IMG/VR virus record: IMGVR_UViG_3300045988_162372
Length of the DNA: 64,000 nucleotides
Reading direction: 5' to 3' (one strand)
DNA from: a virus
Every line of letters starts with the position of its first letter. The first letter of the stretch is position 1. This document shows, piece after piece, positions 16,914-25,956 of the stretch. A program made the translations under genes and the position numbers. A model generated the notes under the pieces. The model had not been told where the DNA came from and made no database searches. It saw nothing but the letters and a program-made list of their open reading frames with translations.

Positions 16914-17185
16914 CAAGAGAGGAATTAAATAAGATATTGGTTGAACATCATTTTCAACTGATTTCAGAACATAATAATAAACGTGTGACTACATATACCT
17001 ATACTTGTAGTATATCGTATCTCAATCGTTTTATCACATTCAATGTACTAAACGGTAGTGATGATATATATAATGATAGTGTTCTGTATGAGATACAATC
17101 ACCAATATATCATAGAACTATTGATAGTAGTGAATGGAAAGGAATACAAGAGGTGAAAGATTATTTAATAAGAAACCATTTCTGA
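16910..17185 (+). CDS. hypothetical protein
   Basis: 91-aa ORF, ATGA overlap. Confidence 0.55.
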   Translation: MTREELNKILVEHHFQLISEHNNKRVTTYTYTCSISYLNRFITFNVLNGSDDIYNDSVLYEIQSPIYHRTIDSSEWKGIQEVKDYLIRNHF

Positions 17186-17188
17186 ATT

Positions 17189-17204
17189 GTACTCAATTGA
17201 GTAC
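17189..17204 (+). repeat. conserved hairpin / 16-bp palindrome GTACTCAATTGAGTAC (family member 2 of 3)
   Basis: 3 nt after stop of 16910..17185; followed at 17217-17230 by AAATTTATAAAAAG, identical to 10161-10174. Confidence 0.6.
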
Positions 17205-17237
17205 AAGGACTCATCTAAATTTATAAAAAGGGAAGTT

Positions 17238-17465
17238 ATGGAAACATTTGAAATAGTATTGATAATATTAGGGTTGTTAATGTTGGTCTGTGCATTACTA
17301 TACAGTTATAATAGAGGTTGCTTGAATGGCTTAATGCAAGCAAAGAAAATTGTTGAACAATTATATAATGATATGGATGAACAAAAGAAAATATATCAAG
17401 ATATCTTAAAGGCATACCAGAAACTATTAGATGAAAAGAAAGAAAAAGGGCTTAATATTAATTAA
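17238..17465 (+). CDS. small membrane protein with charged coiled C-terminus
   Basis: ATG 17238 (METFEIVLIILGLLMLVCALL..); the upstream extension in the ORF track covers the hairpin. Confidence 0.5.
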   Translation: METFEIVLIILGLLMLVCALLYSYNRGCLNGLMQAKKIVEQLYNDMDEQKKIYQDILKAYQKLLDEKKEKGLNIN

Positions 17466-17475
17466 CTATTATTCA

Positions 17476-17507
17476 TTTGGCTAAACCAATAATAAGCGGT
17501 ATCTTTG
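17476..17507 (+). promoter_or_regulatory. Bacteroidota-type promoter (-33/-7)
   Basis: TTTG-N20-TATCTTTG upstream of ATG 17534. Confidence 0.65.
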
Positions 17508-17533
17508 CAACAAATAAAATTAGAGAATATAGG

Positions 17534-17809
17534 ATGAAAGATGATAAATCAAAATATAAATTAATAGCAATAATAATGATGCTTGCAGGAATCTTATTCG
17601 ACGGTTCATTAATATTTTCCTGTATTATTGTAATGCTGTTTATGATGCCGCTTATTAACGTGAATCAAATTGAAGAAATGTCTATAAGTGAAATGACACA
17701 AGAAGATATTGAAACGATGGTTTTCAAAGCGTTGGCATATATGAGTATGTATGTTGCGAGTGTAGCGGTAGTTAATAATATGATAGAAACTGCTATGACC
17801 ACATTTTGA
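17534..17809 (+). CDS. membrane protein
   Basis: ATG 17534 (MKDDKSKYKLIAIIMMLAG..) downstream of promoter; two or three helices. Confidence 0.55.
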   Translation: MKDDKSKYKLIAIIMMLAGILFDGSLIFSCIIVMLFMMPLINVNQIEEMSISEMTQEDIETMVFKALAYMSMYVASVAVVNNMIETAMTTF

Positions 17810-17820
17810 GTTATGGGCTA

Positions 17821-18423
17821 ATGAATGATAAAAATTTATTGAAAATGATAACAAGGTATATTGCAGGAAATTGTAAGATTGATATTGAAAAGAAAAAGGC
17901 AAATGATGAGGAAATCAAAAATTATATCAATAGTTTGCCTTTTAAAATTGTAGTGTATAACAAGGATAACCAATCATTGAAGAATTTATCCGCCTTTGAC
18001 AGCATTGATAATATTCGTGATTACAAACGAATGTATGGAAAGAAAAGCTATTTTACTTTTCCTATAAAAATCGAAGGAGAAGCAAGTATCAGGATTGACG
18101 ACGATGTTGTTGTAGAGGATAGCAAAGATGGCGTTATGGCTGTTTCTAAGCGTTATATGAGGACTTTCTTTCCTGAGTTGAAGACTGCCTTATCTAAGGA
18201 TGTAAAGCTCAAAGGACGGCAAATATGCGATAATTTTATAACTTCGTCATTATCTTCCATCATTAATCGGGAATATTACAATGTAACATTGTATGAGGGT
18301 GATAATGTACAGAATCTAAATATGATATTCGCAGATGATACGCTGGTACTTAGACGATATATTACCAATAACCTTGTATTGTCTAGTAATTCAATGAGGG
18401 CATTGGTGAATGAGATTAAATGA
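17821..18423 (+). CDS. hypothetical protein
   Basis: ATG 17821 preferred over TTG 17806. Confidence 0.6.
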   Translation: MNDKNLLKMITRYIAGNCKIDIEKKKANDEEIKNYINSLPFKIVVYNKDNQSLKNLSAFDSIDNIRDYKRMYGKKSYFTFPIKIEGEASIRIDDDVVVEDSKDGVMAVSKRYMRTFFPELKTALSKDVKLKGRQICDNFITSSLSSIINREYYNVTLYEGDNVQNLNMIFADDTLVLRRYITNNLVLSSNSMRALVNEIK

Positions 18424-18441
18424 AACTAAAATAGAATTTTT

Positions 18442-18993
18442 ATGGAAAGAACAGACAAATTTGTAGCAAAATTGGATAAGTTTGATACCACCGCTTTTCC
18501 TGACAGATATTATGACATCGAGGAAATGATATATGCTTATAAAAAACTAAACGAAACTGATGAAGTGGTTAATTCTCATCTTACTGCTCTTAAAAACATT
18601 ATAAACAATGCAAGAAAAGAAAAAGGAACGATGGTAATGGATAGGATACGTTTCTGGGAAAAATTGCTATATGATTTTTATCATATCAAAGTAATGGATA
18701 ACAATGAAACTGACAAAGTGCTTTACGAATTCTATTTCTATCCTTATAAAGTGGTAAGAAGTAATTCTACCGTCTTTGGATTATATTGTGAAAAGAAAAA
18801 TCAAGATAATTTTTATGTCTATGAATGTGGTATTGTAGATAAGGGTCTTAATATCTTCAAGGATCTGGGAACAAACCCTATGGAAATTGAATATTCTGAT
18901 GAAAAGGAGATGTTGAAGAATGCAACAGATACGTGTAAGAACTTGATTGATATGCGAATGTGGAAACTGAAATACAGGGATAAGGTAATTTAA
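18442..18993 (+). CDS. hypothetical protein
   Basis: 183-aa ORF; no motif recognised. Confidence 0.6.
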   Translation: MERTDKFVAKLDKFDTTAFPDRYYDIEEMIYAYKKLNETDEVVNSHLTALKNIINNARKEKGTMVMDRIRFWEKLLYDFYHIKVMDNNETDKVLYEFYFYPYKVVRSNSTVFGLYCEKKNQDNFYVYECGIVDKGLNIFKDLGTNPMEIEYSDEKEMLKNATDTCKNLIDMRMWKLKYRDKVI

Positions 18994-19022
18994 TGTTTTG
19001 ACATAAGAAATAATTTCTGTAT

Positions 19023-19038
19023 GTACTCAATTGAGTAT
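19023..19038 (+). repeat. conserved hairpin GTACTC-AATT-GAGTAT (family member 3 of 3)
   Basis: 30 nt after stop of 18442..18993; terminal pair becomes G-U. Confidence 0.55.
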
Positions 19039-19069
19039 TATTTATTCACTAATTTTAATATAAAAGAAC

Positions 19070-19474
19070 ATGGAAGTAAAAGAATGGTTTAACAGTCTTT
19101 TTAGGAAGATTGAACCGAAAGAAAAGGCTCTGACGGCAGAGGAGGCGTATTTCAAAACCAAGTATGGTGTTTATCGTACTGTGGAACAACGTATCAAGGA
19201 CAATCAGAAGAACATCAAAGAACTTATCAAGTCAAAGGTAACACCTGCTTATAAAGCAGAAACAAAGTTCAGTTCTTTCTATTGTGTCATTGATTTGGAT
19301 GATGAATTGAAGCCTTACGTGAATGACATATTTAAGCCGTTTGTGGAGAATGGTTTTAAAGTAATCAATCTTTCAGATAAAGTTGAAGAAATCAATGATG
19401 AACTTGTATTTCTTATTTCGTGGTACAAAAACGATTTTGGAGAAGTTGTTAAGTCAAACACTAAAAATAAATAA
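19070..19474 (+). CDS. hypothetical protein
   Basis: 134-aa ORF; no motif recognised. Confidence 0.6.
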   Translation: MEVKEWFNSLFRKIEPKEKALTAEEAYFKTKYGVYRTVEQRIKDNQKNIKELIKSKVTPAYKAETKFSSFYCVIDLDDELKPYVNDIFKPFVENGFKVINLSDKVEEINDELVFLISWYKNDFGEVVKSNTKNK

Positions 19475-19479
19475 AAACT

Positions 19480-20097
19480 ATGTTTAAGAATGGAGTCGAT
19501 TTGAATAAGAATGGATGGTATTGCAAGTTCCTGGAATTTCTGTGGGGAGGCAATATTGCAAAGGAGTATAAAAACTTCTGTCCGTTGTTTTGGCTGATTA
19601 TTGGTTCAATAGTCATATCTCCAATAGTCTTGATAATAAAAGGTTTAATTCGTTTTGGTAATATCAAAATAGGATATATGCCAAATAAGGATACTGCCAT
19701 TACTATTGGAAAAAGTGTATTCTGGATTATGAGATTTGTATTTAGTTTGGTAGTAGCTATTAGTATTTCAATATTCTTATACTTAGTAGTTGTTGTCGTT
19801 AGTGATGCTATAGCACAAGGAGAAATATATATGATATTGGCAGTAATAGGGATTTCTGTAATTGTTGCTGCTATTATTGGTGGTTTCCTTTACTATCTTA
19901 TTCATTATGATGGAAAAATGGAAAAAGTCGGTTATCATTATAAAGACCTTGACACTACAAAAGATAAAATAATGGCAATACCATTTATGTTTTTGCGAAT
20001 TATTTTTGTAAAGATATTTGGTGGTTTTTTCAAACTGATAGGTGGTGCGATATATCATATTTATAAAAAATGTTGCCCTATAATTAATTGGAATTAA
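19480..20097 (+). CDS. polytopic membrane protein
   Basis: 205 aa with at least four hydrophobic helices. Confidence 0.6.
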   Translation: MFKNGVDLNKNGWYCKFLEFLWGGNIAKEYKNFCPLFWLIIGSIVISPIVLIIKGLIRFGNIKIGYMPNKDTAITIGKSVFWIMRFVFSLVVAISISIFLYLVVVVVSDAIAQGEIYMILAVIGISVIVAAIIGGFLYYLIHYDGKMEKVGYHYKDLDTTKDKIMAIPFMFLRIIFVKIFGGFFKLIGGAIYHIYKKCCPIINWN

Positions 20098-20120
20098 GAA
20101 CAATATAAAATAAAAAGATT

Positions 20121-20573
20121 ATGTTATTGATTATAATATTATTTGTGGCATTTTATATACTTGCCTATACACTCTTGAAAAATTGGGACTCTTTTAAATG
20201 GGGTGGAACTTTTGAAGGAAATCAAATGGGATTTGCAATAATTGCAACGGTGGTAGTTGCAGTAATAGTTAATGTAACTTCATATTACATCAATGTTGAT
20301 GATATCAAATATTACCCGTCAGCACCAGAAAAATGTAAAGTTACTACATACGATAAAGAGAATAATAAGATAGTAATTGATAGCGAAGATAAATGGGATA
20401 GTAATGACAAAATATTACGATATTACAACAACAATGAAGTTGATAGCTGTTATGCGGTGAAATATGTTAGCAAGGCAGATACAACATTGAGTATGGCGTG
20501 GTTATTTAATATGTTTCCACCAAAAACTGATTCTGTTATTGTTTATAATATATACAAATACAAGGAAAAATAA
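20121..20573 (+). CDS. membrane protein
   Basis: 150 aa, two N-terminal helices. Confidence 0.6.
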   Translation: MLLIIILFVAFYILAYTLLKNWDSFKWGGTFEGNQMGFAIIATVVVAVIVNVTSYYINVDDIKYYPSAPEKCKVTTYDKENNKIVIDSEDKWDSNDKILRYYNNNEVDSCYAVKYVSKADTTLSMAWLFNMFPPKTDSVIVYNIYKYKEK

Positions 20574-20607
20574 GACTATTTATATCTATAAGAATAGATA
20601 TAAAAAG

Positions 20608-21069
20608 ATGAGAAATAGAGAATACACTTTTATATACTCAAGCCCTTGCATAGAATCTTTACGGGAGCTAATAAATGAAATGTTGTTAATCTTCAATTCA
20701 CCGTTGAGGATTGACGACATTTTCTATTATGGTGTGTTTTGCAAGCCTGAAACATATGCGAATTATCAACATTGGGATGAAGCACCTCTTGACATGGAAG
20801 TACCTTTCTATTTAACTAACCCTTGTTCGACAGAGAAAGATAGAATGGAATATGTCAAAGATATTATCGTACAAGTAATGAAGGGGGAAATGGATAAGCC
20901 ATCTTGGATGATATATGTCGAAATGGAGGAAATATGTAATGAGTATGAACAAGCTCCATCAACATTCCTTTATATTGAAGTTAAGGATGAAACATATAGA
21001 ATACTTGCGGAGAAATTAATAAATTTCTTATATTCTCCAAACTTAATAATAACACTGGCAAATACTTAA
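20608..21069 (+). CDS. hypothetical protein
   Basis: ATG 20608 (MRNREYTF..) after stop of upstream gene; 20539 extension overlaps it. Confidence 0.55.
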   Translation: MRNREYTFIYSSPCIESLRELINEMLLIFNSPLRIDDIFYYGVFCKPETYANYQHWDEAPLDMEVPFYLTNPCSTEKDRMEYVKDIIVQVMKGEMDKPSWMIYVEMEEICNEYEQAPSTFLYIEVKDETYRILAEKLINFLYSPNLIITLANT

Positions 21070-21078
21070 AGGGAATAT

Positions 21079-21645
21079 ATGGGAAAACTAATAATATCAG
21101 AAAGCCGTTTGAAACAAATAATAAAGGAAGAAGTCTCTAAGTTAATCAAAGAAACATCTCAAAAATATAAGACTATTTCTATTGATGCGCCTTCGAACAA
21201 AAAGCCAATAGATAATTCAGTCAAAGTATTTTTGGCAGGAACTATTGATGCTGACACTGGAAGTGAGGATTGGCAGCACAAAATTTGTAAAAGAATAGAA
21301 GATACCACTAACAATAAATACAATATCACAATATACAATCCACGAAGAGAGGAATTCCCTGATAGCGGAAGCTCAGAAGTGAGAAGACAAATCAAGTGGG
21401 AACATAAGCACATGGATGATGCAGATTTGATAGTTATGAATATATTAGAGGATTCCAAAAGTCCTATAAGCCTTATGGAAATCGGTATGTATGCAGAGAG
21501 CGGAAAATTGGTGGTGTTCTGTAAGCCTGGTTTTTATCGTTATGATAATGTTCAAATGGTTTGTAAGAAATATAACGTGCCTTTACATAACACAAATGAT
21601 ATTGATGAGATTTGTAAATTAATTTTAAATTATAAAAAGAAATGA
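21079..21645 (+). CDS. nucleoside 2-deoxyribosyltransferase-like (DNPH1/Nuc_deoxyri_tr2-like) protein
   Basis: VFLAGTID..W..IYNPRR..IKWEH..ADLIVMN..SPISLMEIGMYA pattern. Confidence 0.6.
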   Translation: MGKLIISESRLKQIIKEEVSKLIKETSQKYKTISIDAPSNKKPIDNSVKVFLAGTIDADTGSEDWQHKICKRIEDTTNNKYNITIYNPRREEFPDSGSSEVRRQIKWEHKHMDDADLIVMNILEDSKSPISLMEIGMYAESGKLVVFCKPGFYRYDNVQMVCKKYNVPLHNTNDIDEICKLILNYKKK

Positions 21646-22697
21646 TGGAATTAGAACAAATAAAAACAATCCTGATTGATAGAGTAAAAAAATATGATAA
21701 GGATGATATAATTAATCCTATTGATATTCAGCTTTGTGCAGATATACCCACATTATTGTCTGTTATATTAAAACATAAAAAAGATGTTTGTTATAATTTA
21801 GCAGAAGATAAGTATATTGATATGTTATTGAAGAACAATACTTTGACTGTAGATTTACTTGTAGAGTTGTTTACTGAGAAAACACTTAATGAAAATTACA
21901 TTTATACAACGGGTAGTCATAGATTAAGCGGAAGTCACACATATCATGTATTTGGAAATGCGGATGTAAGCGTTTATCACGACAGCATTGTATATGCTTA
22001 TAATCAGGCAATAGTCAAAACAAGACAGAAAGCTACGTTAATAGCGTATGATGAAGTTACATTCACAGCATCTGATGACAGTGTAGTTTATTGTGATAGC
22101 ACTATAAGTGTCAATGGTGATTTCTATGAAAGAACACAAGGTTTATTATCAAATATACATGGCAAAATAAGAGCGTATGCTAATTCCAAATTGACAGCTA
22201 TCAAATGTTCTCAGATTGAAATGTATGATAAATCTACTGCTGAGATAAGATGTGGCTCAAAGGCAAAGACTCTGGATAAATCCCAAATAACTTGTTGCTA
22301 CGATTCATCTGTGGATGCTTTTGATAATTCTTGTATATACGCTTATGGTAGTTCAACTGTAAGAATGTTTAATAATTCTTATGGCTACTTCTTTGATAAT
22401 AGTTATTGCATCGCTGATTCTGCAAATGAGATAACTGCAAAGGACAATAGTATTGTTGAAGCAGGTCAATATGTTAAATTTATAAATGCCTATAATTATA
22501 GCACTATCAAGATTAAGAAAATGGGAGCAAAACTAAGGGCATACGATAATTCAATCATAGAAGATTATGCTGACATCTACACCAACGCATTAAATAATGC
22601 CGTTATTATATGGATGAACAAACATCAAATATTTAAAAACCAACAAAAATATAGCGCAGAAGTTCCATTTGATTATACAGATGAACAGAAATGCTAA
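21642..22697 (+). CDS. repeat (beta-solenoid-like) protein
   Basis: 351 aa with many degenerate x-[AY]-[YF]-D-[NSK]-S-x-[IV] repeats (AYDEV, ASDDS, FDNSC, FNNSY, FDNSY, AKDNS, AYDNS). Confidence 0.55.
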   Translation: MMELEQIKTILIDRVKKYDKDDIINPIDIQLCADIPTLLSVILKHKKDVCYNLAEDKYIDMLLKNNTLTVDLLVELFTEKTLNENYIYTTGSHRLSGSHTYHVFGNADVSVYHDSIVYAYNQAIVKTRQKATLIAYDEVTFTASDDSVVYCDSTISVNGDFYERTQGLLSNIHGKIRAYANSKLTAIKCSQIEMYDKSTAEIRCGSKAKTLDKSQITCCYDSSVDAFDNSCIYAYGSSTVRMFNNSYGYFFDNSYCIADSANEITAKDNSIVEAGQYVKFINAYNYSTIKIKKMGAKLRAYDNSIIEDYADIYTNALNNAVIIWMNKHQIFKNQQKYSAEVPFDYTDEQKC

Positions 22698-22728
22698 GAC
22701 AGAAAAATAATATGTTTTTGTATTTTTT

Positions 22729-22760
22729 AACGGGAATTATTGTGTTAGTTCCCGTTTATT
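22729..22760 (+). terminator. rho-independent terminator
   Basis: AACGGGAA / TTCCCGTT 8-bp stem then TTATTTT; overlaps next promoter. Confidence 0.6.
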
Positions 22761-22771
22761 TTGTATCTTTG
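22740..22771 (+). promoter_or_regulatory. Bacteroidota-type promoter (-33/-7)
   Basis: TTG-N21-TATCTTTG upstream of ATG 22806. Confidence 0.55.
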
Positions 22772-22805
22772 CGACAAATAATATAATCAAATAAGCTAAA
22801 CAGTT

Positions 22806-23477
22806 ATGGTAGTTATCAGTAAAGACTTAGAGAATACAATTAAAAATAAGTTTGTCGTTCCTTACTTGACTATTCTGAAAGACAATCAATATTTGGTAAT
22901 CACTGATGAAGACGATGTGATTCAAGGAAGATTTGTAAATAATGATGATAATTTAATTGAAATATTCAATATATACAATACAAAAGAAGTGGAGAAATAT
23001 GTTGAATGGATGTATCCCCTCTCATTCTTTGTTCGAGATATTGATAAATGGGAGTTGTTGAAATTCAATGTATTTGACAGAAAGGGTTATGTGCAATTTA
23101 TGAAGAACAATCTGAGAAAGAGCGTGGAACAAGTAATCAAATTTCGTAGTGATGATAATGACACCTATTCAATGATGAAAGAAAAGATTGAAAAATATGG
23201 TGGCAAAGTTGTGTCATTTGAGACTAATGATGATGGTTTACTGGTAGGAGCAACAATAACCGATGAGGATTTGTATTGGGTATACGTAGATAAAGATTTC
23301 AAAGTACATTTGTCTTCCGCTGTCGGTGCTTTCAAGGTTATAGAAAATCCTGACGATAGTTTCAAAACATTATTGCATGTAGCACAAAGTGAACCTGAGA
23401 ATATTGCACTTATTGTTAATGAAAGAGTGGAAGATGATATTGATTACATATTTACAGGATTAAAAATCAGAGAATAA
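22806..23477 (+). CDS. hypothetical protein
   Basis: 223-aa ORF; no motif recognised. Confidence 0.6.
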   Translation: MVVISKDLENTIKNKFVVPYLTILKDNQYLVITDEDDVIQGRFVNNDDNLIEIFNIYNTKEVEKYVEWMYPLSFFVRDIDKWELLKFNVFDRKGYVQFMKNNLRKSVEQVIKFRSDDNDTYSMMKEKIEKYGGKVVSFETNDDGLLVGATITDEDLYWVYVDKDFKVHLSSAVGAFKVIENPDDSFKTLLHVAQSEPENIALIVNERVEDDIDYIFTGLKIRE

Positions 23478-23478
23478 G

Positions 23479-23694
23479 ATGAAAAATATAAAAGTTTCTT
23501 ATAGAATAACTACTAAAAGTGGTGGATGGTCTAAATTTAATAGCATTGAAGGAGCTATTACATATTATAAAAAGTTATATATTCAAGGTATTAAACGTCA
23601 AATCTTAAACATTATTAAGGTAACGGAAGAATATTTACCACAGGAAGAAATTGACAAAATTAATAAAGAAATTCAAAAGGAGATTAAAATATGA
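23479..23694 (+). CDS. hypothetical protein
   Basis: 71-aa ORF in gene train. Confidence 0.5.
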   Translation: MKNIKVSYRITTKSGGWSKFNSIEGAITYYKKLYIQGIKRQILNIIKVTEEYLPQEEIDKINKEIQKEIKI

Positions 23695-24098
23695 AAACAA
23701 AAAATTACAATCAGGCATTTGAAGAATTGATTAAATGTCTTTTGAAGAACACAAAAGAAGCAAAGTGTGTCACAGCATTAAAGTTCTTGGTGGAAGAATA
23801 TAAAGGTGACGTGAATCTAAAAGAAATCGTTGTCACAGAATATGCTAAATTCTTAGGATTTTGGTTTCCTTATTTGCGAGAAACATTAAAAACTTCAAAG
23901 AAAATGCAGAATTATCTTTTGACTAAAAGATTTCTTAATCCTAATGGATGGTTTGATAAAATTTGGGATTTAAAATATGAAAAAACAGATAAAAATAGAA
24001 TGTACCAAATTATAAGTCACACACAAGCAATAGTTAAGGCTCTCATTCAGACACAGAGAAGAAAACTTGGTTTTGACCAAAACAGTACAAAATATTAA
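23691..24098 (+). CDS. hypothetical protein
   Basis: 135-aa ORF, ATGA overlap. Confidence 0.55.
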   Translation: MKTKNYNQAFEELIKCLLKNTKEAKCVTALKFLVEEYKGDVNLKEIVVTEYAKFLGFWFPYLRETLKTSKKMQNYLLTKRFLNPNGWFDKIWDLKYEKTDKNRMYQIISHTQAIVKALIQTQRRKLGFDQNSTKY

Positions 24099-24110
24099 AG
24101 ACATAGAGAA

Positions 24111-24320
24111 ATGGGCGAAGCATTTAAAGAATTTCAAAAAGAAGTACGTGGGACACTTGAAACACTTTTAATCGTGTTCATTGTTCTGAAGCTAACAGAC
24201 CTAATAAATTGGTCTTGGGTGTGGGTTTTAGCTCCATTTTGGATACCTGCATGTGTGGCAATAGTCGGAGTAATAATATATTTAATTATTTTCATCTGTA
24301 ATAAAGACATTAATGAGTAA
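24111..24320 (+). CDS. small membrane protein
   Basis: 69 aa, two hydrophobic helices. Confidence 0.55.
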   Translation: MGEAFKEFQKEVRGTLETLLIVFIVLKLTDLINWSWVWVLAPFWIPACVAIVGVIIYLIIFICNKDINE

Positions 24321-24975
24321 CACAAAATATCCAAGAACATACCATTTTCCATTTTCACCAGGTGCTACAAGCGACGATAAAATAGTTGATGAGGAATGGT
24401 TTGAATATTTCAAAGGTAAAGAATTAGTTATCACTGAAAAACTTGACGGTTCTAATACTGCCATAATGCAGAGTGGTGTATATTCTCGTTCACATGCCGC
24501 ACCATCAGTAAATGAATGGGATAAATATCTCTTTAGGCATGGTGGTATTTTCGACAAGATTAAGCCTTTAATAAGTGAGGATGAAATTATATACGGAGAA
24601 AATATGTATGCCGTTCATTCCATTGAATATGAGCATCTTCCTGATTATTTCTTTGTATTTAATATCCGTAATAGTGAAGAATATTATTCTTGGGATGAAC
24701 TTGAAGAAATGTGTGAAATCATCGGTTTGAAGCATGTTCCACTGCTTGATAGAGCAGTATTTAATAAGCCAGAGGACTTACAGAATACAATACTTGAACT
24801 TATGAAAAATGGTTCAACCTTTGGTAATACTATTGAAGGTGTTGTAGTCAGAGTAGCTGAAAGATTTTCGACACAAGATTTCAAACATAATGTAATAAAA
24901 TATGTGCGAGCAAACCATGTTCAAACTGATATTCATTGGACAAGGAATTGGAAACAGGCAAAATTGAATCCTTAA
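24313..24975 (+). CDS. ATP-dependent RNA ligase family protein (stand-alone nucleotidyltransferase domain)
   Basis: motif I EKLDGSN, III IYGENMY, IV FFVFNI, V EGVVVRV, then KYVRANH. Confidence 0.75.
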   Translation: MSNTKYPRTYHFPFSPGATSDDKIVDEEWFEYFKGKELVITEKLDGSNTAIMQSGVYSRSHAAPSVNEWDKYLFRHGGIFDKIKPLISEDEIIYGENMYAVHSIEYEHLPDYFFVFNIRNSEEYYSWDELEEMCEIIGLKHVPLLDRAVFNKPEDLQNTILELMKNGSTFGNTIEGVVVRVAERFSTQDFKHNVIKYVRANHVQTDIHWTRNWKQAKLNP

Positions 24976-24990
24976 AAACAATAAAAAATT

Positions 24991-25380
24991 ATGACATATC
25001 AGATTTATTATAGACCCGACAACTCTGCCGAAAATAGTAGAGGATATGTGATGTTCGATATTGAATATTATCGTGAACAATCTCAAACGAAAGATAAATG
25101 GTTTTCTGAAATTAGATGTCTACCTTGTGTAGAAGGTAATACACGTTTTTTAAGAGATGTATTTGAGCATAAAATAGATATTGACTTTGATTTTGAAGAA
25201 TTTATCAAAGAAGGGACTGAAATACAAGAATTACGTGGTTTACTATATGAAAGGTTTAATAACAAGCCAAAAGAAGATGAAGAATCCCGTGAATTCCATT
25301 ACCATATCTTTGGAAAAGTATTAGAAAAATTATTAAATGATTTCGCTAATAAATATAAATTATATATTAATAAAGACTAA
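24991..25380 (+). CDS. hypothetical protein
   Basis: 129-aa ORF; no motif recognised. Confidence 0.55.
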   Translation: MTYQIYYRPDNSAENSRGYVMFDIEYYREQSQTKDKWFSEIRCLPCVEGNTRFLRDVFEHKIDIDFDFEEFIKEGTEIQELRGLLYERFNNKPKEDEESREFHYHIFGKVLEKLLNDFANKYKLYINKD

Positions 25381-25398
25381 CTTAAAAAATCATAAATT

Positions 25399-25815
25399 AT
25401 GAATGTAGAAAATAAGAAAATTTGGGATGAAATTTTCCAAAAGCAGCCACCTGTAAACAATGATGATTGTTGTGTAATGTGTGAGGGTGAGAATGGCGAA
25501 TATATACCTGCAACTCCACTTGGTTTTGATGACGAGCAGAAAACATTTGATGCTTTGAAAGAAATCATCGAAACAGCTATTAAAGTCAAGAAATATAAAA
25601 CTTGGCATATAGGAAGTGGACTTGTAGAAACTTATACTGAAGATAAATCTCCCATTGAAGAGTTCGATGTTGTTTATCTTTTTTCAAAATCCTGGGAAGA
25701 GCCATTGTTCCCTGTTTTGGTTAAAGAGATTACTGACAAAGTGATTAAAGTTCAGTGGATAGGTGGAAAAGAGAATGAGGATATTATTAATAAGGAAATT
25801 CCTTACAAACAATAA
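25399..25815 (+). CDS. hypothetical protein
   Basis: 138-aa ORF; no motif recognised. Confidence 0.55.
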   Translation: MNVENKKIWDEIFQKQPPVNNDDCCVMCEGENGEYIPATPLGFDDEQKTFDALKEIIETAIKVKKYKTWHIGSGLVETYTEDKSPIEEFDVVYLFSKSWEEPLFPVLVKEITDKVIKVQWIGGKENEDIINKEIPYKQ

Positions 25816-25837
25816 TTTAATTTGAATTATTAGATAT

Positions 25838-25885
25838 AAAATGCTGTGATATGCGACAAATATCATAGCATTTTTACTTTTTTAA
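25838..25885 (+). terminator. rho-independent terminator
   Basis: 15-bp stem AAAATGCTGTGATAT / ATATCATAGCATTTT (one G-U) then T-rich tail. Confidence 0.7.
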
Positions 25886-25895
25886 CATTATAAAT

Positions 25896-25926
25896 TTTGA
25901 TTTCTGTGTTGATTTCACTATCTTTG
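25896..25926 (+). promoter_or_regulatory. Bacteroidota-type promoter (-33/-7)
   Basis: TTTG-N19-TATCTTTG upstream of ATG 25957. Confidence 0.65.
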
Positions 25927-25956
25927 CACTTAGTTAATATAAAATATAAATATAAT

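Noticed and set aside
20596-20607. TATAAAAG-type motif just upstream of several starts (10166, 17222, 19047, 20598, 35113, 45023) as a second promoter class
   Set aside because: The 8-mer also occurs inside coding regions (for example near 1712, 3042, 23568 and 28389). It is expected often in DNA this AT-rich. Only the longer 14-mer shared by 10161 and 17217 is reported.
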